A stretch of 64,000 nucleotides of DNA, taken from Polyangiales bacterium (GTDB lineage Bacteria; Myxococcota_A; Polyangia; Polyangiales; Polyangiaceae). Positions 19,895 through 30,100 of the stretch are shown piece after piece (within the stretch, counting starts at the first letter, position 1; each line of letters opens with the position of its first letter). Position numbers and translations under genes: made by a program. A model generated the notes under the pieces. The model was not told the origin of the DNA, ran no database searches, and worked only from the letters and a program-made list of their open reading frames with translations. The stretch spans positions 104,004-168,003 of the forward strand of contig JBBRNJ010000007.1 of the NCBI GenBank assembly GCA_038230375.1. Direction: 5' to 3'.

Positions 19895-21709
19895 ATGAAA
19901 GACATGAGCATTGGAAGACGCATCACCCTGTCGTTCGTCGTCGTCATCCTGATCGCGAGCGCGGTCGGAGCGTACGCCTTCATCCAGACGTCCAGCATGC
20001 ACGCGGAGTCCGAGAAGATCCGTGAGCAGTACCTGCCGGCGCTGGAGGCGGCGCAGCGGGTGGACGCCCTGCAGCGCACAGCCACGGCGACGGTGATGCG
20101 ACACATCATCGCTGCGAACGACCAAGAGATCCGCAGTGTGGAGGCGGACCTGGAGCAGTCGCACGCCGTGACCCAGGAGGCGCTCGAAGCGCTCGAGGCG
20201 CACACGCAGACCGACGAGGGCCGGCAGCTCCTGGCGAACCTCAAGACCGCGCGAGCCAGGCGGGCAGTGGCCCGCGACCGCGTCCTGGTGCCAAGCCGCA
20301 AGATGGAGAACAAGCTCGCGATGGAGATCGCTCACACCGAGTATCTCCCCGCAGATCGCGAGGCTCAGGCCATCGCTGTCGCGATCCTCAACAAGAATCG
20401 AGAGTCGGCCGACGCGGCCACGACCCACATCGCAGCAAGCATTCGCTCCACGCAGATCGGCGTCGTCGTGGGCCTGCTCGTGGCCGTGCTGGTGGGTTTC
20501 ACCATCGCGCGACTGATGACCCGCAGCATCACGAAGCCGCTCCAGGGCGCAGTGGACCTTGTTCGAAGCGTCGCCACCGGCGACCTCTCCGTACGGGCAA
20601 CATCGTCGTCCAGGGACGAGCTGGGGCTCATGATGAACGACCTGAATTTGATGATGGAAAACCTCGACGCCAGCGCACGCGTGGCGAAGTCGATCTCCAA
20701 CGGCGACCTGACGGTGAATCCCACGGTGCTCTCGCCCAAGGACTCGCTTGGCGCCGCGCTCAAGCGCATGGTGGAGAACCTGCGCTCTGTCGTACTGGAC
20801 GTTGGCACCGCCGCGGGCAACGTGGCGGCGGGCAGTGAGCAGCTCTCCGGAAGCGCGCAGTCGCTGTCGCAGGGCACCAGTGAACAGAGCTCTTCTGCGC
20901 AGGAGACAACGTCTTCGATGGAGGAGATGACGTCCAGCATCCAGCAGTGCCTGGACAACGCGCGTCAGACGGAGCGCATCGCGGCGAAGGCTGCGGAGGA
21001 TGCCAAGACCAGCGGCGACGCAGTGCGGACCACGGTGACTGCGATCCGTCAGATCGCAGAGCGGATCGGCGTGATCGAGGAGATCGCGCGGAAGACGGAT
21101 CTGCTCGCGCTCAACGCGGCTGTGGAAGCGGCACGCGCCGGCGAGCATGGAAAGGGATTCGCGGTGGTCGCATCCGAGGTGCGCAAGCTCGCAGAGCGAA
21201 GCCAGACGGCCGCAGGCGAGATTGGTCAGCTCACGAACTCGTGCGTGGGTGCGGCAGAGAGCGCGGGTCTGCTGCTCGAGCGCCTGGTGCCGGACATCAA
21301 GAAGACCGCGGAGCTCGTGCAGGACATTGCAGCGGCCACGGGAGAGCAGAGCACGGGCGCCACGCAGGTGAACCGCGCGATGCAGCAGCTGGACACGGTC
21401 ATCCAGAGCAACTCGGCTGCGTCCGAGGAGCTCGCGTCGACCGCCGAGGAGCTCTCTGCGCAGTCAGCGCAGCTGCGCGAGAACATCTCCTTCTTCAAGC
21501 TTGACGGGCAGCGTCCCTCGGCCACGGCAACACGTCCCACGCTCTCCGTGGTGCCGCGTCCGAGGGGCGCCACCCCGCCAAGGGTGACGACCTTGCGCGC
21601 GGTGAATGGGCGTCCGAGCGTCAAGCCGAAGGCCGCTGGCGTGACCATCGACCTTGACCGCGAGTTCGGCGGACCGGACGGGCGTGACAAGGACTTCGAG
21701 GTCGCGTGA
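19895..21709 (+). CDS. Methyl-accepting chemotaxis protein 2 (tandem paralogue of MCP1)
   Basis: Same architecture and near-identical signalling domain; longer tail ending [10 protein letters not shown]. Confidence 0.95.
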   Translation: MKDMSIGRRITLSFVVVILIASAVGAYAFIQTSSMHAESEKIREQYLPALEAAQRVDALQRTATATVMRHIIAANDQEIRSVEADLEQSHAVTQEALEALEAHTQTDEGRQLLANLKTARARRAVARDRVLVPSRKMENKLAMEIAHTEYLPADREAQAIAVAILNKNRESADAATTHIAASIRSTQIGVVVGLLVAVLVGFTIARLMTRSITKPLQGAVDLVRSVATGDLSVRATSSSRDELGLMMNDLNLMMENLDASARVAKSISNGDLTVNPTVLSPKDSLGAALKRMVENLRSVVLDVGTAAGNVAAGSEQLSGSAQSLSQGTSEQSSSAQETTSSMEEMTSSIQQCLDNARQTERIAAKAAEDAKTSGDAVRTTVTAIRQIAERIGVIEEIARKTDLLALNAAVEAARAGEHGKGFAVVASEVRKLAERSQTAAGEIGQLTNSCVGAAESAGLLLERLVPDIKKTAELVQDIAAATGEQSTGATQVNRAMQQLDTVIQSNSAASEELASTAEELSAQSAQLRENISFFKLDGQRPSATATRPTLSVVPRPRGATPPRVTTLRAVNGRPSVKPKAAGVTIDLDREFGGPDGRDKDFEVA

Positions 21710-22224
21710 GCAAGGAGAAGACCATGCAAGAGTCCACGTTCACCACTGGCCACTATCTGACCTTCAAGGTCGGCGCCGAGCTGTTCGCAATAGACGTCTT
21801 CCAGGTCCGCGAAGTGCTGGACATGACGCCCATCACCCGCGTACCCACGTCTCCGCCGTACCTGCGCGGGGTGGTCAACGTGCGAGGTAAGGCGATTCCC
21901 GTCGTGGACATGCGCTACGAGTTCGGCCTTCCGCCGGTGGACGACACGGTGCATACACGCATCGTCGTGCTGGAAATCGCGCTGGATGGTGAGACCTGCG
22001 TCATCGGCGGGCAGGCAGACAGCGTGCACGAGGTGATCGAGATCGAAGCGTCGCAGGTGGAGCCGGCGCCGCGGCTTGCAGCTCGCTGGAAGGCGGGGAT
22101 CAGCAAAGGGCTGGCGCGGCGCGGAGACGACTTCGTCATCGTGCTGGATGTGGACGCGGTGTTCGCACATGCCACGGCCGCGGGCCTTGGTCTGCGCGAA
22201 GACCCGCAAACCGAAGCAGCCTGA
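21706..22224 (+). CDS. cheW: Chemotaxis adaptor CheW
   Basis: YLTFKVG...VREVL...ITRVP...[16 protein letters not shown]. Confidence 0.92.
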   Translation: MSKEKTMQESTFTTGHYLTFKVGAELFAIDVFQVREVLDMTPITRVPTSPPYLRGVVNVRGKAIPVVDMRYEFGLPPVDDTVHTRIVVLEIALDGETCVIGGQADSVHEVIEIEASQVEPAPRLAARWKAGISKGLARRGDDFVIVLDVDAVFAHATAAGLGLREDPQTEAA

Positions 22225-22234
22225 GGCGAAGACC

Positions 22235-23053
22235 ATGGAAAAATTCGCAGCCATCAGGACGTTCATCGAGCGGGAGCTCGGCATCAAGATGCCGGTGTCC
22301 AAGGTGCCCATGCTGGAGAGCCGCCTGGTCGGTCGCATGCGGGTCCTCGGGCTCACCACCTATGAGCAGTACGAGCAGTATCTGTTCCACGATCCGAAGG
22401 CGCGTGAAGAGGTGGTCTGCTTCATTGACGCCGTCACCACCAACAAGACGGACTTCTACCGGGAGTATCCACACTTCGAATACCTGAGTTCGCGCGCGAT
22501 GCCGACGCTCGCGCCCCAGCACGGCGCTGCAAAGTGGAAGGCGTGGTGCGCGGGATGCTCCACGGGTGAAGAGCCATACACGTTGGCCATGGTGATGGAC
22601 GACTATCTGCGGCAGACGAACAATCCGGACTTCGCGATCCTGGCGACGGATATCTCGACACGCGTGCTCGAGCAGGCGCGCGGCGGCATCTATCAGGCTG
22701 ACCGTGTCACGCCGCTTCCGGACCAGCTGCGCAAGCGGTACGTGCTGAAGAGCCGCGATCCGCATCGCCACGACGTCCGGATCGCACCAGAGCTGCGCCG
22801 TCGCATCTCATTCCACCGGCTGAACTTCATGGACCCGGACTACGGCGTGAAGGACATGTTCGATGTGATCTTCTTCCGCAACGTGGCCATCTATTTCGAT
22901 GCGCCAACGCAGGAACGCGTGGTGGGGAAGCTCTGCGCGCAGCTGCGCCCGGGTGGGTATTTCTTCATCGGTCACTCGGAGTCGCTGCCGGGGCGCGGCC
23001 ACAACCTGGAGCACGTCGGCCCGGCGATCTATCGGAAGGGGTCAGGAACATGA
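22235..23053 (+). CDS. cheR: Chemoreceptor methyltransferase CheR
   Basis: [36 protein letters not shown] and GHSES motifs; ATG at 22235. Confidence 0.93.
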   Translation: MEKFAAIRTFIERELGIKMPVSKVPMLESRLVGRMRVLGLTTYEQYEQYLFHDPKAREEVVCFIDAVTTNKTDFYREYPHFEYLSSRAMPTLAPQHGAAKWKAWCAGCSTGEEPYTLAMVMDDYLRQTNNPDFAILATDISTRVLEQARGGIYQADRVTPLPDQLRKRYVLKSRDPHRHDVRIAPELRRRISFHRLNFMDPDYGVKDMFDVIFFRNVAIYFDAPTQERVVGKLCAQLRPGGYFFIGHSESLPGRGHNLEHVGPAIYRKGSGT

Positions 23054-24114
23054 CGCGCAAGATCCAGGTGATGATCGTGGACGACTCGGCGACGGTGCGT
23101 CAGACGTTGACTCGCATCCTGGAGGGCGAGACCGACATCGAGGTGATCTCGACAGCGACGGACCCGTTCGTTGCGGTGCGCCACATCAAGGAACGAGCGC
23201 CGGATGTGATCGTGCTCGACATAGAGATGCCACGCATGGATGGCCTGACCTTCCTGGAGCGGCTCATGAGCCAGCATCCGATTCCCGTCGTCATCTGCTC
23301 GTCGCTCGCGGAGCACGGGTCGGAGTCCGCGATGGCAGCGCTGGACCGCGGCGCGGTCGAGGTCATCTCCAAGCCCAAGGTCGGCACGAAGCAGTTCCTG
23401 GAGGAATCGCGGGCGATCATCACGGACGCGATCCGTTCGGCGTCCAAGGTCGACCCACGGAAGTTGCGCTCGCGGCCCGCGCAAGTGGCCCCGAAGCTGA
23501 CGGCGGACGCGATGCTGCGCAAGCCCACCGGTCGCGCCATGGTGCAGACCACGGACAAGGTGATCGCCATAGGCGCCTCCACCGGCGGCACCATCGCGCT
23601 GGAGCGCGTGCTCTCCCGCGTGCACATCGAGGCCCCGGGGATCGTGGTGGTCCAGCACATGCCAGAGAGCTTCACTGCCCAGTTCGCCGCGCGCCTGGAC
23701 AGCGTGTGTGCGATCAAGGTGAAAGAAGCGGAGACCGGCGACACGGTCCTTCGCGGACAGGCGCTCATTGCGCCGGGTGGCAAGCACCTGCTCCTGCAGC
23801 GAAGCGGCGCGCGCTATTTCGTGGAGGTGAAGGATGGCCCGCTCGTCTCGAGGCACCGGCCTTCGGTCGACGTGCTGTTCCGCTCCACGGCGCGCTATGC
23901 CGGCAAGAATGGCATCGGGATCATCCTCACGGGTATGGGCGACGACGGCGCAAAGGCCATGGTGGAGATGAAGGCCGCGGGCGCCTACACCATCGCCGAG
24001 AGCGAGGAGTCGTGCGTGGTCTTCGGCATGCCCAACGAGGCCATCAAGGCCGGCGGCGTGGACAAGGTGATGGACCTGGATCGCATCGCCGACGAGATCA
24101 ATCGGCTCGCGTGA
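23050..24114 (+). CDS. cheB: Chemotaxis methylesterase response regulator CheB
   Basis: REC plus [27 protein letters not shown] and VVFGMP motifs. Confidence 0.95.
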   Translation: MTRKIQVMIVDDSATVRQTLTRILEGETDIEVISTATDPFVAVRHIKERAPDVIVLDIEMPRMDGLTFLERLMSQHPIPVVICSSLAEHGSESAMAALDRGAVEVISKPKVGTKQFLEESRAIITDAIRSASKVDPRKLRSRPAQVAPKLTADAMLRKPTGRAMVQTTDKVIAIGASTGGTIALERVLSRVHIEAPGIVVVQHMPESFTAQFAARLDSVCAIKVKEAETGDTVLRGQALIAPGGKHLLLQRSGARYFVEVKDGPLVSRHRPSVDVLFRSTARYAGKNGIGIILTGMGDDGAKAMVEMKAAGAYTIAESEESCVVFGMPNEAIKAGGVDKVMDLDRIADEINRLA

Positions 24115-24136
24115 CATGCACGCAGCCGCACTTCGA

Positions 24137-24154
24137 ATGACCAAGTTCGGTCAT
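24137..24154. promoter_or_regulatory. Palindromic operator-like site ATGACC-N6-GGTCAT upstream of cheY
   Basis: ATGACCAAGTTCGGTCAT in the cheB-cheY gap; near copy at 30050-30067. Confidence 0.5.
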
Positions 24155-24188
24155 ACATCGATCGGACAGAGAGGACGTTCTCCAGTTC

Positions 24189-24551
24189 ATGAGCGCAAAA
24201 GTCCTGGTGGTGGATGACTCGATGATGGTGCGGATGCAGGTGACGAAGGTGCTGGAAGGCGCCGGCTTCAACGTGACCGCGGCAGTGGACGGAATGGACG
24301 CGTTGGAGAAGCTGGCACCCGACATGGTGCTGGTGGTGTCGGACGTGAACATGCCTCGCATGAGCGGCATCGAGCTCCTGGAGGAGCTCCGCAACACACG
24401 AAAGGTGACCATCCCGTTCGTGATGCTCACGACGGAGGGCCAGAGCGACATGGTCCAGCGGGCAAAGACGCTCGGCGCCAACGGGTGGATCGTCAAGCCG
24501 CTGAAGGCCGAGGTCCTGCTGAACACCGTGAAGAAGCTCACGTCCACCTGA
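24189..24551 (+). CDS. cheY: Single-domain response regulator CheY
   Basis: VLVVDDS, VSDVNMP, MLTTE and GWIVKP motifs; in the che cluster. Confidence 0.88.
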   Translation: MSAKVLVVDDSMMVRMQVTKVLEGAGFNVTAAVDGMDALEKLAPDMVLVVSDVNMPRMSGIELLEELRNTRKVTIPFVMLTTEGQSDMVQRAKTLGANGWIVKPLKAEVLLNTVKKLTST

Positions 24552-24567
24552 GACGCCGGAGAGAATC

Positions 24568-25605
24568 ATGCACGCACTGGTCATCGACGAGAACAAGACG
24601 CAACGTGAGCTCATCACGACCATCCTGCGCACTGCGAACTACCGCGTGGACCCGGCGATCAATCGCGAGGCCGCGCTGAAGTTGCTGGAGCGGGAGAGCC
24701 CCGAGCTGGTGGTCATTGCGTGGTCATCCACGGCGGTCGATGTCATTCGACGCATCCGCAGCTGCGATGACGAACGTCACACGTACATCCTTTGTGTCCT
24801 CGAGAAGTCGGAGCCCGTGGCCATCACGGCGATGTTCCAGGCCGGGGCCGATGACTTCTTCCGACCGCCCGTCGTGAAGGAAGAGTTGATCGCGCGTGCG
24901 GCAGCGCCTCAGCGCATCGGCAAGTGGCGCGGACTCGGGGCCATGCCCGCCGCGCTCGATCTTGCGAACCACGTCGACCTCCGCAAGCTGGTCGCGTTCC
25001 GTGAGATGGGCCGCTTCGTTGCTGCAGATCTGTCGGAGCTGCTCGGTGCGCTCGAGCTCGAGGAGTCGTGGCTCGTCGCTGGCGAGCTTCGCGGGGCGAG
25101 TATTCCTATGTCGATCGCAAGCGAGGAGGCCGAGCTGCGGGTGTCCATCGTGGTCGAGTCCAGCGTCATGAGCGAGCTCTCGATGCTGCTGCTCGGGGAC
25201 GCTCATCCGTCACCCGAGGCCCTGGCCGACATGCTGCGCGAGGTCGCGAACACCGCGGGCGGCGCAGTGAAGCGCGCGGCCGGCGAGGAGGGCATCACCG
25301 TGACCACGGGCCTTCCCGTGTCGGCATCGAGTGGCCCCAAGAGAAACGAGATGACCCGCTGCTGGACCGCGAAGATCGCGGGCTCGAACGCCAAGATCGG
25401 CATCATTGGCGAGCTTCACAAGCGCACCAACCAGCGCGTACCCATCAATGGACTGCAGGAGGGCATGGTGCTCTCCCATGACCTTCGTAACGACGCGGGC
25501 GCGCTGCTGATGCCTGCGGGCACTCGTCTCACTGCGACTGCGGTCTCGCGGATGATGAGCATGCTCGGCGCGCGTCACGTTGTTGACGTCACAACCCCCG
25601 GCTGA
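24568..25605 (+). CDS. Atypical receiver domain fused to a CheC/CheX-like phosphatase region
   Basis: N-terminal REC fold with Ala at the phosphoacceptor position (LVVIAW); DMLREVANTAGG has the E-x-x-N motif; C-terminal LQEGMVLSHDL...LLMPAGTRLT segment. Confidence 0.6.
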   Translation: MHALVIDENKTQRELITTILRTANYRVDPAINREAALKLLERESPELVVIAWSSTAVDVIRRIRSCDDERHTYILCVLEKSEPVAITAMFQAGADDFFRPPVVKEELIARAAAPQRIGKWRGLGAMPAALDLANHVDLRKLVAFREMGRFVAADLSELLGALELEESWLVAGELRGASIPMSIASEEAELRVSIVVESSVMSELSMLLLGDAHPSPEALADMLREVANTAGGAVKRAAGEEGITVTTGLPVSASSGPKRNEMTRCWTAKIAGSNAKIGIIGELHKRTNQRVPINGLQEGMVLSHDLRNDAGALLMPAGTRLTATAVSRMMSMLGARHVVDVTTPG

Positions 25606-25619
25606 ATCAGGAGTCCCTC

Positions 25620-26120
25620 GTGGAGTTCATTTCGTTTCTTCTCGGCACCAAGGCCTACGCCATCGACGTTCCGCACGTGCGGGAGGTGGTCGACACGCCC
25701 ACGCTTTCTCGGCTCCCCAATGCGCCCGCGTGGATCACGGGCGTGATGAACCTGCGCGGACGCGTCGTGCCGGTCGTGGACCTCCGGCGCGTGCTGGAGC
25801 TGGTCGCGGAGGCGGCGGGCCGGACGCGTGGCTATGTCATCGTCGTAGAGCTGCCGAGCGAGGAGGGAGTGATCACGGTGGGCATGGCCGTGGACTCCGT
25901 GATCGAAGTCTTCGATCTTGGCGTCACCGAGCTCACCGCCTCACCGCGCTTCGCCGAACGAACGTCGCCGGCCTACCTGCGCGGCATGGCCCGCCGGCCG
26001 CACGGGCTGGTCGCCGTGATCGACGCAGAGAAGATCCTGGCCGCGCGCGAGGAGACCGAGGCTGATTCCCGGAGCACGGCGATGTCTGCCTTTTCAATGA
26101 CGAGCGGAGCTACGACATGA
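25620..26120 (+). CDS. cheW: Second CheW
   Basis: VREVV...SRLPNAPAWITGVMNLRGRVVPVVDLR. Confidence 0.9.
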   Translation: MEFISFLLGTKAYAIDVPHVREVVDTPTLSRLPNAPAWITGVMNLRGRVVPVVDLRRVLELVAEAAGRTRGYVIVVELPSEEGVITVGMAVDSVIEVFDLGVTELTASPRFAERTSPAYLRGMARRPHGLVAVIDAEKILAAREETEADSRSTAMSAFSMTSGATT

Positions 26121-28066
26121 GCGCCAGTGACGACATGAGGGTGTTCGTGCAAGAGGCCAGCGAGCTGATCGGCGTCCTGGAGCAAGGTCTGCTCGGCATG
26201 GAATCGAATCCGGACGCGGAGATCATCAACGCTCTGTTCCGGGCCGCCCACACGGTCAAGGGAAACTCCGGGATCATCGGGGCCTCTCACTGCGCGCGGT
26301 TCACGCACCTGATGGAGAACGTGCTCGGTCGTGTGCGCGCGGGCGATCTCGCGGTCGACCAGATCGTGATCGATACCTTGCTTGCATCTGTCGACGTCTT
26401 GCGCGGGATCGTCCAGGCGATCGCGAACGGCGTCGACGACCCACCGGCCAACGCGTCCGCGGCGCTGCTGGAGGTCCTCGCGGAGCTCAGCGCGGAGGGC
26501 GAACCGCCGCCGCCGCCGCGCGCTGCGACAGCGGGGCCCGCTGCGGCGAAGAAGGAGGAGCTATCCACGTTCAAGATCACCATCGAGCTACCCGACGGCG
26601 AGCCTGCGGTGACCGCGCGGCTGCTCGTGGAAGAGATCGTGGTGCTCGGGACGCTGCTCTCGATCGAGCCGCCGCTCGAGACGGTGGACGCACGGGGCTT
26701 CGAGTTCGTCCTGTGCGCGCCGCTTCGCGCGGCGGACATCGAGGGCATCGCGATGTTCGCTAACGCGCGGCTCACACTCGAGCGCGTCGAGGCGACCCGC
26801 GAGGAAGCCGCGACGCCGCCGCAGGAGACCGCGAAGGCAGCTCCATCAACGACTGCGACATCGAAGGCAGCGCAGAGGACGCACAATGGTCCGCCGCCCG
26901 TGAAGGTGGACCCGGCACGTCTGGACGTGCTGCTCGACCTGGTCGGCGAGCTCGCGCTCTCGCTCAGCTCACTCCGTCACGTACTGGAGTTCACGGACGC
27001 GCCAGAGCGAAGCCGCAGGGAAGGGCTGGAGTCGCTCGAGCGCCTCATTGGTGACGTGCACGAGCGCGTGATGGCGCTGCGCACGACGCCGGTGCGCGAC
27101 TCACTCGAACGCCTGAGGCGGCCGGTGCGGGATGCCGCGCAGCAGCTGGGCAAAGAGGTCGAGCTCCATTTCGAGGGCCTGGACGTGGAGATGGATCGCA
27201 AGCTGCTCGATCAGCTGGTCGACCCGCTGACGCACATGGTCCGCAACGCTTGTGCGCACGGCATCGAATCGCCTCAGGAGCGGATCGCAGCGGGAAAGGC
27301 CCCGCGCGGGCAGCTCCTGGTGCGAAGCATCCAGCGCGGCGGGGCCGCCGTGATCGAGGTCACCGACGATGGCGCGGGCATCGATCCCGAGAAGGTGCGG
27401 CGGCGCGCCGTGGAGCGCGGGATCATCGCTCGCGACGCTGTGATGACGGAGAAGGAGACCTACGCGATGCTGTTCGCGCCGGGCTTCTCGACGGCCGAGA
27501 CGGTCAACCAGATCGCTGGGCGCGGCGTTGGGCTCGACGTCGTTGTCAGCAGTGTGGAGAAGCTTCGCGGCCGCGTCGAGATCGACTCCACGCTCGGCAA
27601 GGGAACGACGTTCCGCATCACGCTGCCTGCGTCGCTCGCCATCGTGGAGGGCGTGCGCGTTCGCGTCGCCAACGAGACGTTCTGCGTCCCTTTGCGCGAG
27701 GTCGACGAGGTCCTTCCGCCGGAGACACAGGTCTACACGCTCGAAGGAAACGCGGAGTTCGTGGACGTCCGCGGCACGCTCATCCCGCTGGTCCGGCTTG
27801 GCACCACGCTGGGCTTCGGCGAGGGCCGCGGCAGCCGGGTGATGGTCCTGCGCAGTGACAACACGTGCCTCGGCGTCGCCGTGGACGACGTGCTGGGAAT
27901 GGCGCGGACCGTGGTCAAATCGATCGACGCGACCATCGAGGTCTGTCGCAGGACCGAGAGCGGCTGGCAGCGTCCTCCTGCGCTCGGCGGCGCAACCATC
28001 CTGGATGATGGCACCGTGGGCTACCTGCTCGACGTGCAGGGCCTGGCGAAAGCCGCTCTGCAGTGA
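26117..28066 (+). CDS. cheA: Chemotaxis histidine kinase CheA
   Basis: LFRAAHTVKG Hpt; LLDLVGEL dimerisation; DPLTHMVRNACAHGIE; DDGAGI; FAPGFSTA; GRGVGLDVV; C-terminal CheW-like domain. Confidence 0.95.
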   Translation: MSASDDMRVFVQEASELIGVLEQGLLGMESNPDAEIINALFRAAHTVKGNSGIIGASHCARFTHLMENVLGRVRAGDLAVDQIVIDTLLASVDVLRGIVQAIANGVDDPPANASAALLEVLAELSAEGEPPPPPRAATAGPAAAKKEELSTFKITIELPDGEPAVTARLLVEEIVVLGTLLSIEPPLETVDARGFEFVLCAPLRAADIEGIAMFANARLTLERVEATREEAATPPQETAKAAPSTTATSKAAQRTHNGPPPVKVDPARLDVLLDLVGELALSLSSLRHVLEFTDAPERSRREGLESLERLIGDVHERVMALRTTPVRDSLERLRRPVRDAAQQLGKEVELHFEGLDVEMDRKLLDQLVDPLTHMVRNACAHGIESPQERIAAGKAPRGQLLVRSIQRGGAAVIEVTDDGAGIDPEKVRRRAVERGIIARDAVMTEKETYAMLFAPGFSTAETVNQIAGRGVGLDVVVSSVEKLRGRVEIDSTLGKGTTFRITLPASLAIVEGVRVRVANETFCVPLREVDEVLPPETQVYTLEGNAEFVDVRGTLIPLVRLGTTLGFGEGRGSRVMVLRSDNTCLGVAVDDVLGMARTVVKSIDATIEVCRRTESGWQRPPALGGATILDDGTVGYLLDVQGLAKAALQ

Positions 28067-28068
28067 CG

Positions 28069-28668
28069 TCACTTGCCCGCGGTGAACAGGTTCAGTAGCT
28101 CCTGCTGAGAGTCCACGCCGAGCTTGGCGAAGATGCTCTTCAGGTGATTACGGACCGTGTGCTGGCTGATGAAGAGCGTCTTCGCGATCGCCGGGGGCCG
28201 CTTGTGCGCCAGTAGCTGGTCGAGGACCTCGCGCTCGCGCGGCGACAACGGCTCCGTGAGCTTCGGGTCCAGCGACGGGGCCCGCGTCGACGGAGCGCGC
28301 CCCTGACCAAGGGCTACCTCGATCGCGGCGAACAGCTGCGGCGGCTCGAATGGCTTCACGACAAAGCCGCCCGGGCGCCGCGCCGTGGCCTCTTCCAGCG
28401 TCGATGCGTCGGTGTGCGCGGAGACGAAGAGGAATGGGATCTCGGGCGGCAGGCGCTTCGCGAGCTCCGTGCCCTTGTCGTCTTCGCCCAGGTCGATGTC
28501 GAGCAGCACGAGGTCGGGTCGGACGCGCTCCAGAGCTGCGTCGAAGTCCTTCGCGTGGGAGACGATCTCGGGCACGACGTAGCCCTCCGCCTCGAGCCGA
28601 CGCTTGATCGCGCCTGCGAGCAACGCGTCGTCGTCGACCATCAAGATGACCGCGCCCCGCTTTGACAC
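28069..28668 (-). CDS. Response regulator with LuxR-type HTH
   Basis: MVDDD...LLDIDL...VKPF receiver; LSPREREVL...IAKTLFISQHTVRNHLKSIFAKLGV. Confidence 0.9.
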   Translation of the reverse strand: MSKRGAVILMVDDDALLAGAIKRRLEAEGYVVPEIVSHAKDFDAALERVRPDLVLLDIDLGEDDKGTELAKRLPPEIPFLFVSAHTDASTLEEATARRPGGFVVKPFEPPQLFAAIEVALGQGRAPSTRAPSLDPKLTEPLSPREREVLDQLLAHKRPPAIAKTLFISQHTVRNHLKSIFAKLGVDSQQELLNLFTAGK

Positions 28669-28714
28669 GGCTCCAAAGATACACGAACGCTTCTACGTGG
28701 ACGTGAAGACGCGT

Positions 28715-29946
28715 TCAGAACGCAATGGCCGCACGAAACAGGAGCTCGTGCAGCACGTGCGCGCTGTCGCGGGCCTGGTTGTCCACGCCCTTTGCGAGCG
28801 TGTTGCCGGGCGCCGTGGCGCGCTGGTTCCCGCTCTGGACCGGTCCGCCCGCATCGGTGGCCGAGGTGGGCGCGGAGCCGAGACGCTCCGTGTTCGTACT
28901 CTGCATGCCGTCGAGCGACTCGCGCGTGTTGTTGTTCACGTGAACGAACTCGCCCGTGACGTCCACGATGCTCACCGGTACGCGAAGCTCCGCGCCGGCC
29001 GCGCGCTGAGCGCCCGAGGGGATCACGTGCATCAGGCCAGCGCTGCCCGTGTAGGTCGGCTTCCAGAACGCATAGCCCCCCTGCGTCGTCATGGGCGCGT
29101 AGTCGTACTGCACAGTCGAGCCGTCGCGACTGCCGAGCCGCGCGCTTCCGCCCACCTGGACGTCCGAGAAAGCGCCGTGGCTCCCTGCGAGCGGCTTCAC
29201 GAACCGCGACCGATGCCGTCGACGCGGTTGTCCGGTGACAGGCGGTTCTGGCCGTCGCCGTTGAAGACGCCCGCCGAGTAGTAGACGCGCTGGCCGAGCA
29301 GCTCGCCGAACGCCATGGCGCCCATCTCCTTGTTCGTGGGGATGCCAAGGGCGCGAACGGCGAGCGAGCGTTCCATGAAGGGGATGTACTTGTCGCTCGA
29401 CCTGTTCTCCATGGTGAAGGGCGCGTCGAACTGACCCACCTGCGCGTGGAACTGGCTCACGGGCGAGTATGCGAGCCACACGTCGCTCGCCTGCGCGCGC
29501 ATCATCGACGTCTGTGCGGATGCGTATTTCCCGGACGTGGCGCTGGGGACCGTGCCAGGCGACGCCGCGCTGGTCTCGGTGGAGCCGGTCATGTTGTCGT
29601 TGCCCGTCTGCCCCCAGTCGCCGGCGAGCATGAACTGGAAGTTCTTTGCGAGCTCGCCGCCGAGCTCTGGGCGAATGCGCCGGAGGAGCACCGTGGAGGT
29701 GGTTGCGGGCACGTTGGTGACGCCTGGGCCCAGGTAATTGTAGCTGTCGATCTGCGCGCGGCCCTGGATGTACAGGCGCACGTTGTCGCTGCGATCGCGG
29801 AGGTAGAAGGTGCCGTTGTAGTAGCCGGCAAGCGGCGCGTCCTTCGGGTCCGGCGCGGCCGCAGGCTCATCGGCGTGCGCCGTTCGAGCGAATGCGCCGA
29901 GCGCGACGATGGTCAGGCAAGTGAGGCTGCTGCGGCGCGTGATCAT
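28715..29946 (-). pseudogene. Frameshifted OprO/OprP-like outer-membrane porin
   Basis: N-terminal ORF (signal peptide, LRRIRPELGG, GQFDAPFTME, YSAGVFNGDG) stops at 29197 after DGIGR; the porin continues in another frame (FVKP...ELLFRAAIAF, terminal Phe). One extra base near 29205 restores GR(V/A)FVKP. Confidence 0.7.
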
Positions 29947-30023
29947 GATCTTCTTCTCCAGTGGGCTGCGTTCGACCGGAGTACGGCGCTGCATGGCGAG
30001 GTGCGAAGGCGTGCGCGCGCAAA

Positions 30024-30067
30024 TGACCGGTCCGGTCAGCGTGGGGCAATTGACCTATTTCGGTCAT
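30024..30067. promoter_or_regulatory. Two TGACC...GGTCA palindromes between divergent porin genes
   Basis: TGACC-GGTCC-GGTCA (30024-30038) and TTGACC-TATTTC-GGTCAT (30050-30067). Confidence 0.5.
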
Positions 30068-30100
30068 CGCGATGCCGGCGCGACGGACGTTCTCGGCCGC

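Noticed and set aside
19283..21148. 621-aa antisense ORF and similar long ORFs (e.g. 2580-4706, 31415-33364, 41407-42921)
   Set aside because: Shadow frames caused by high GC; no motifs, and they overlap confident genes
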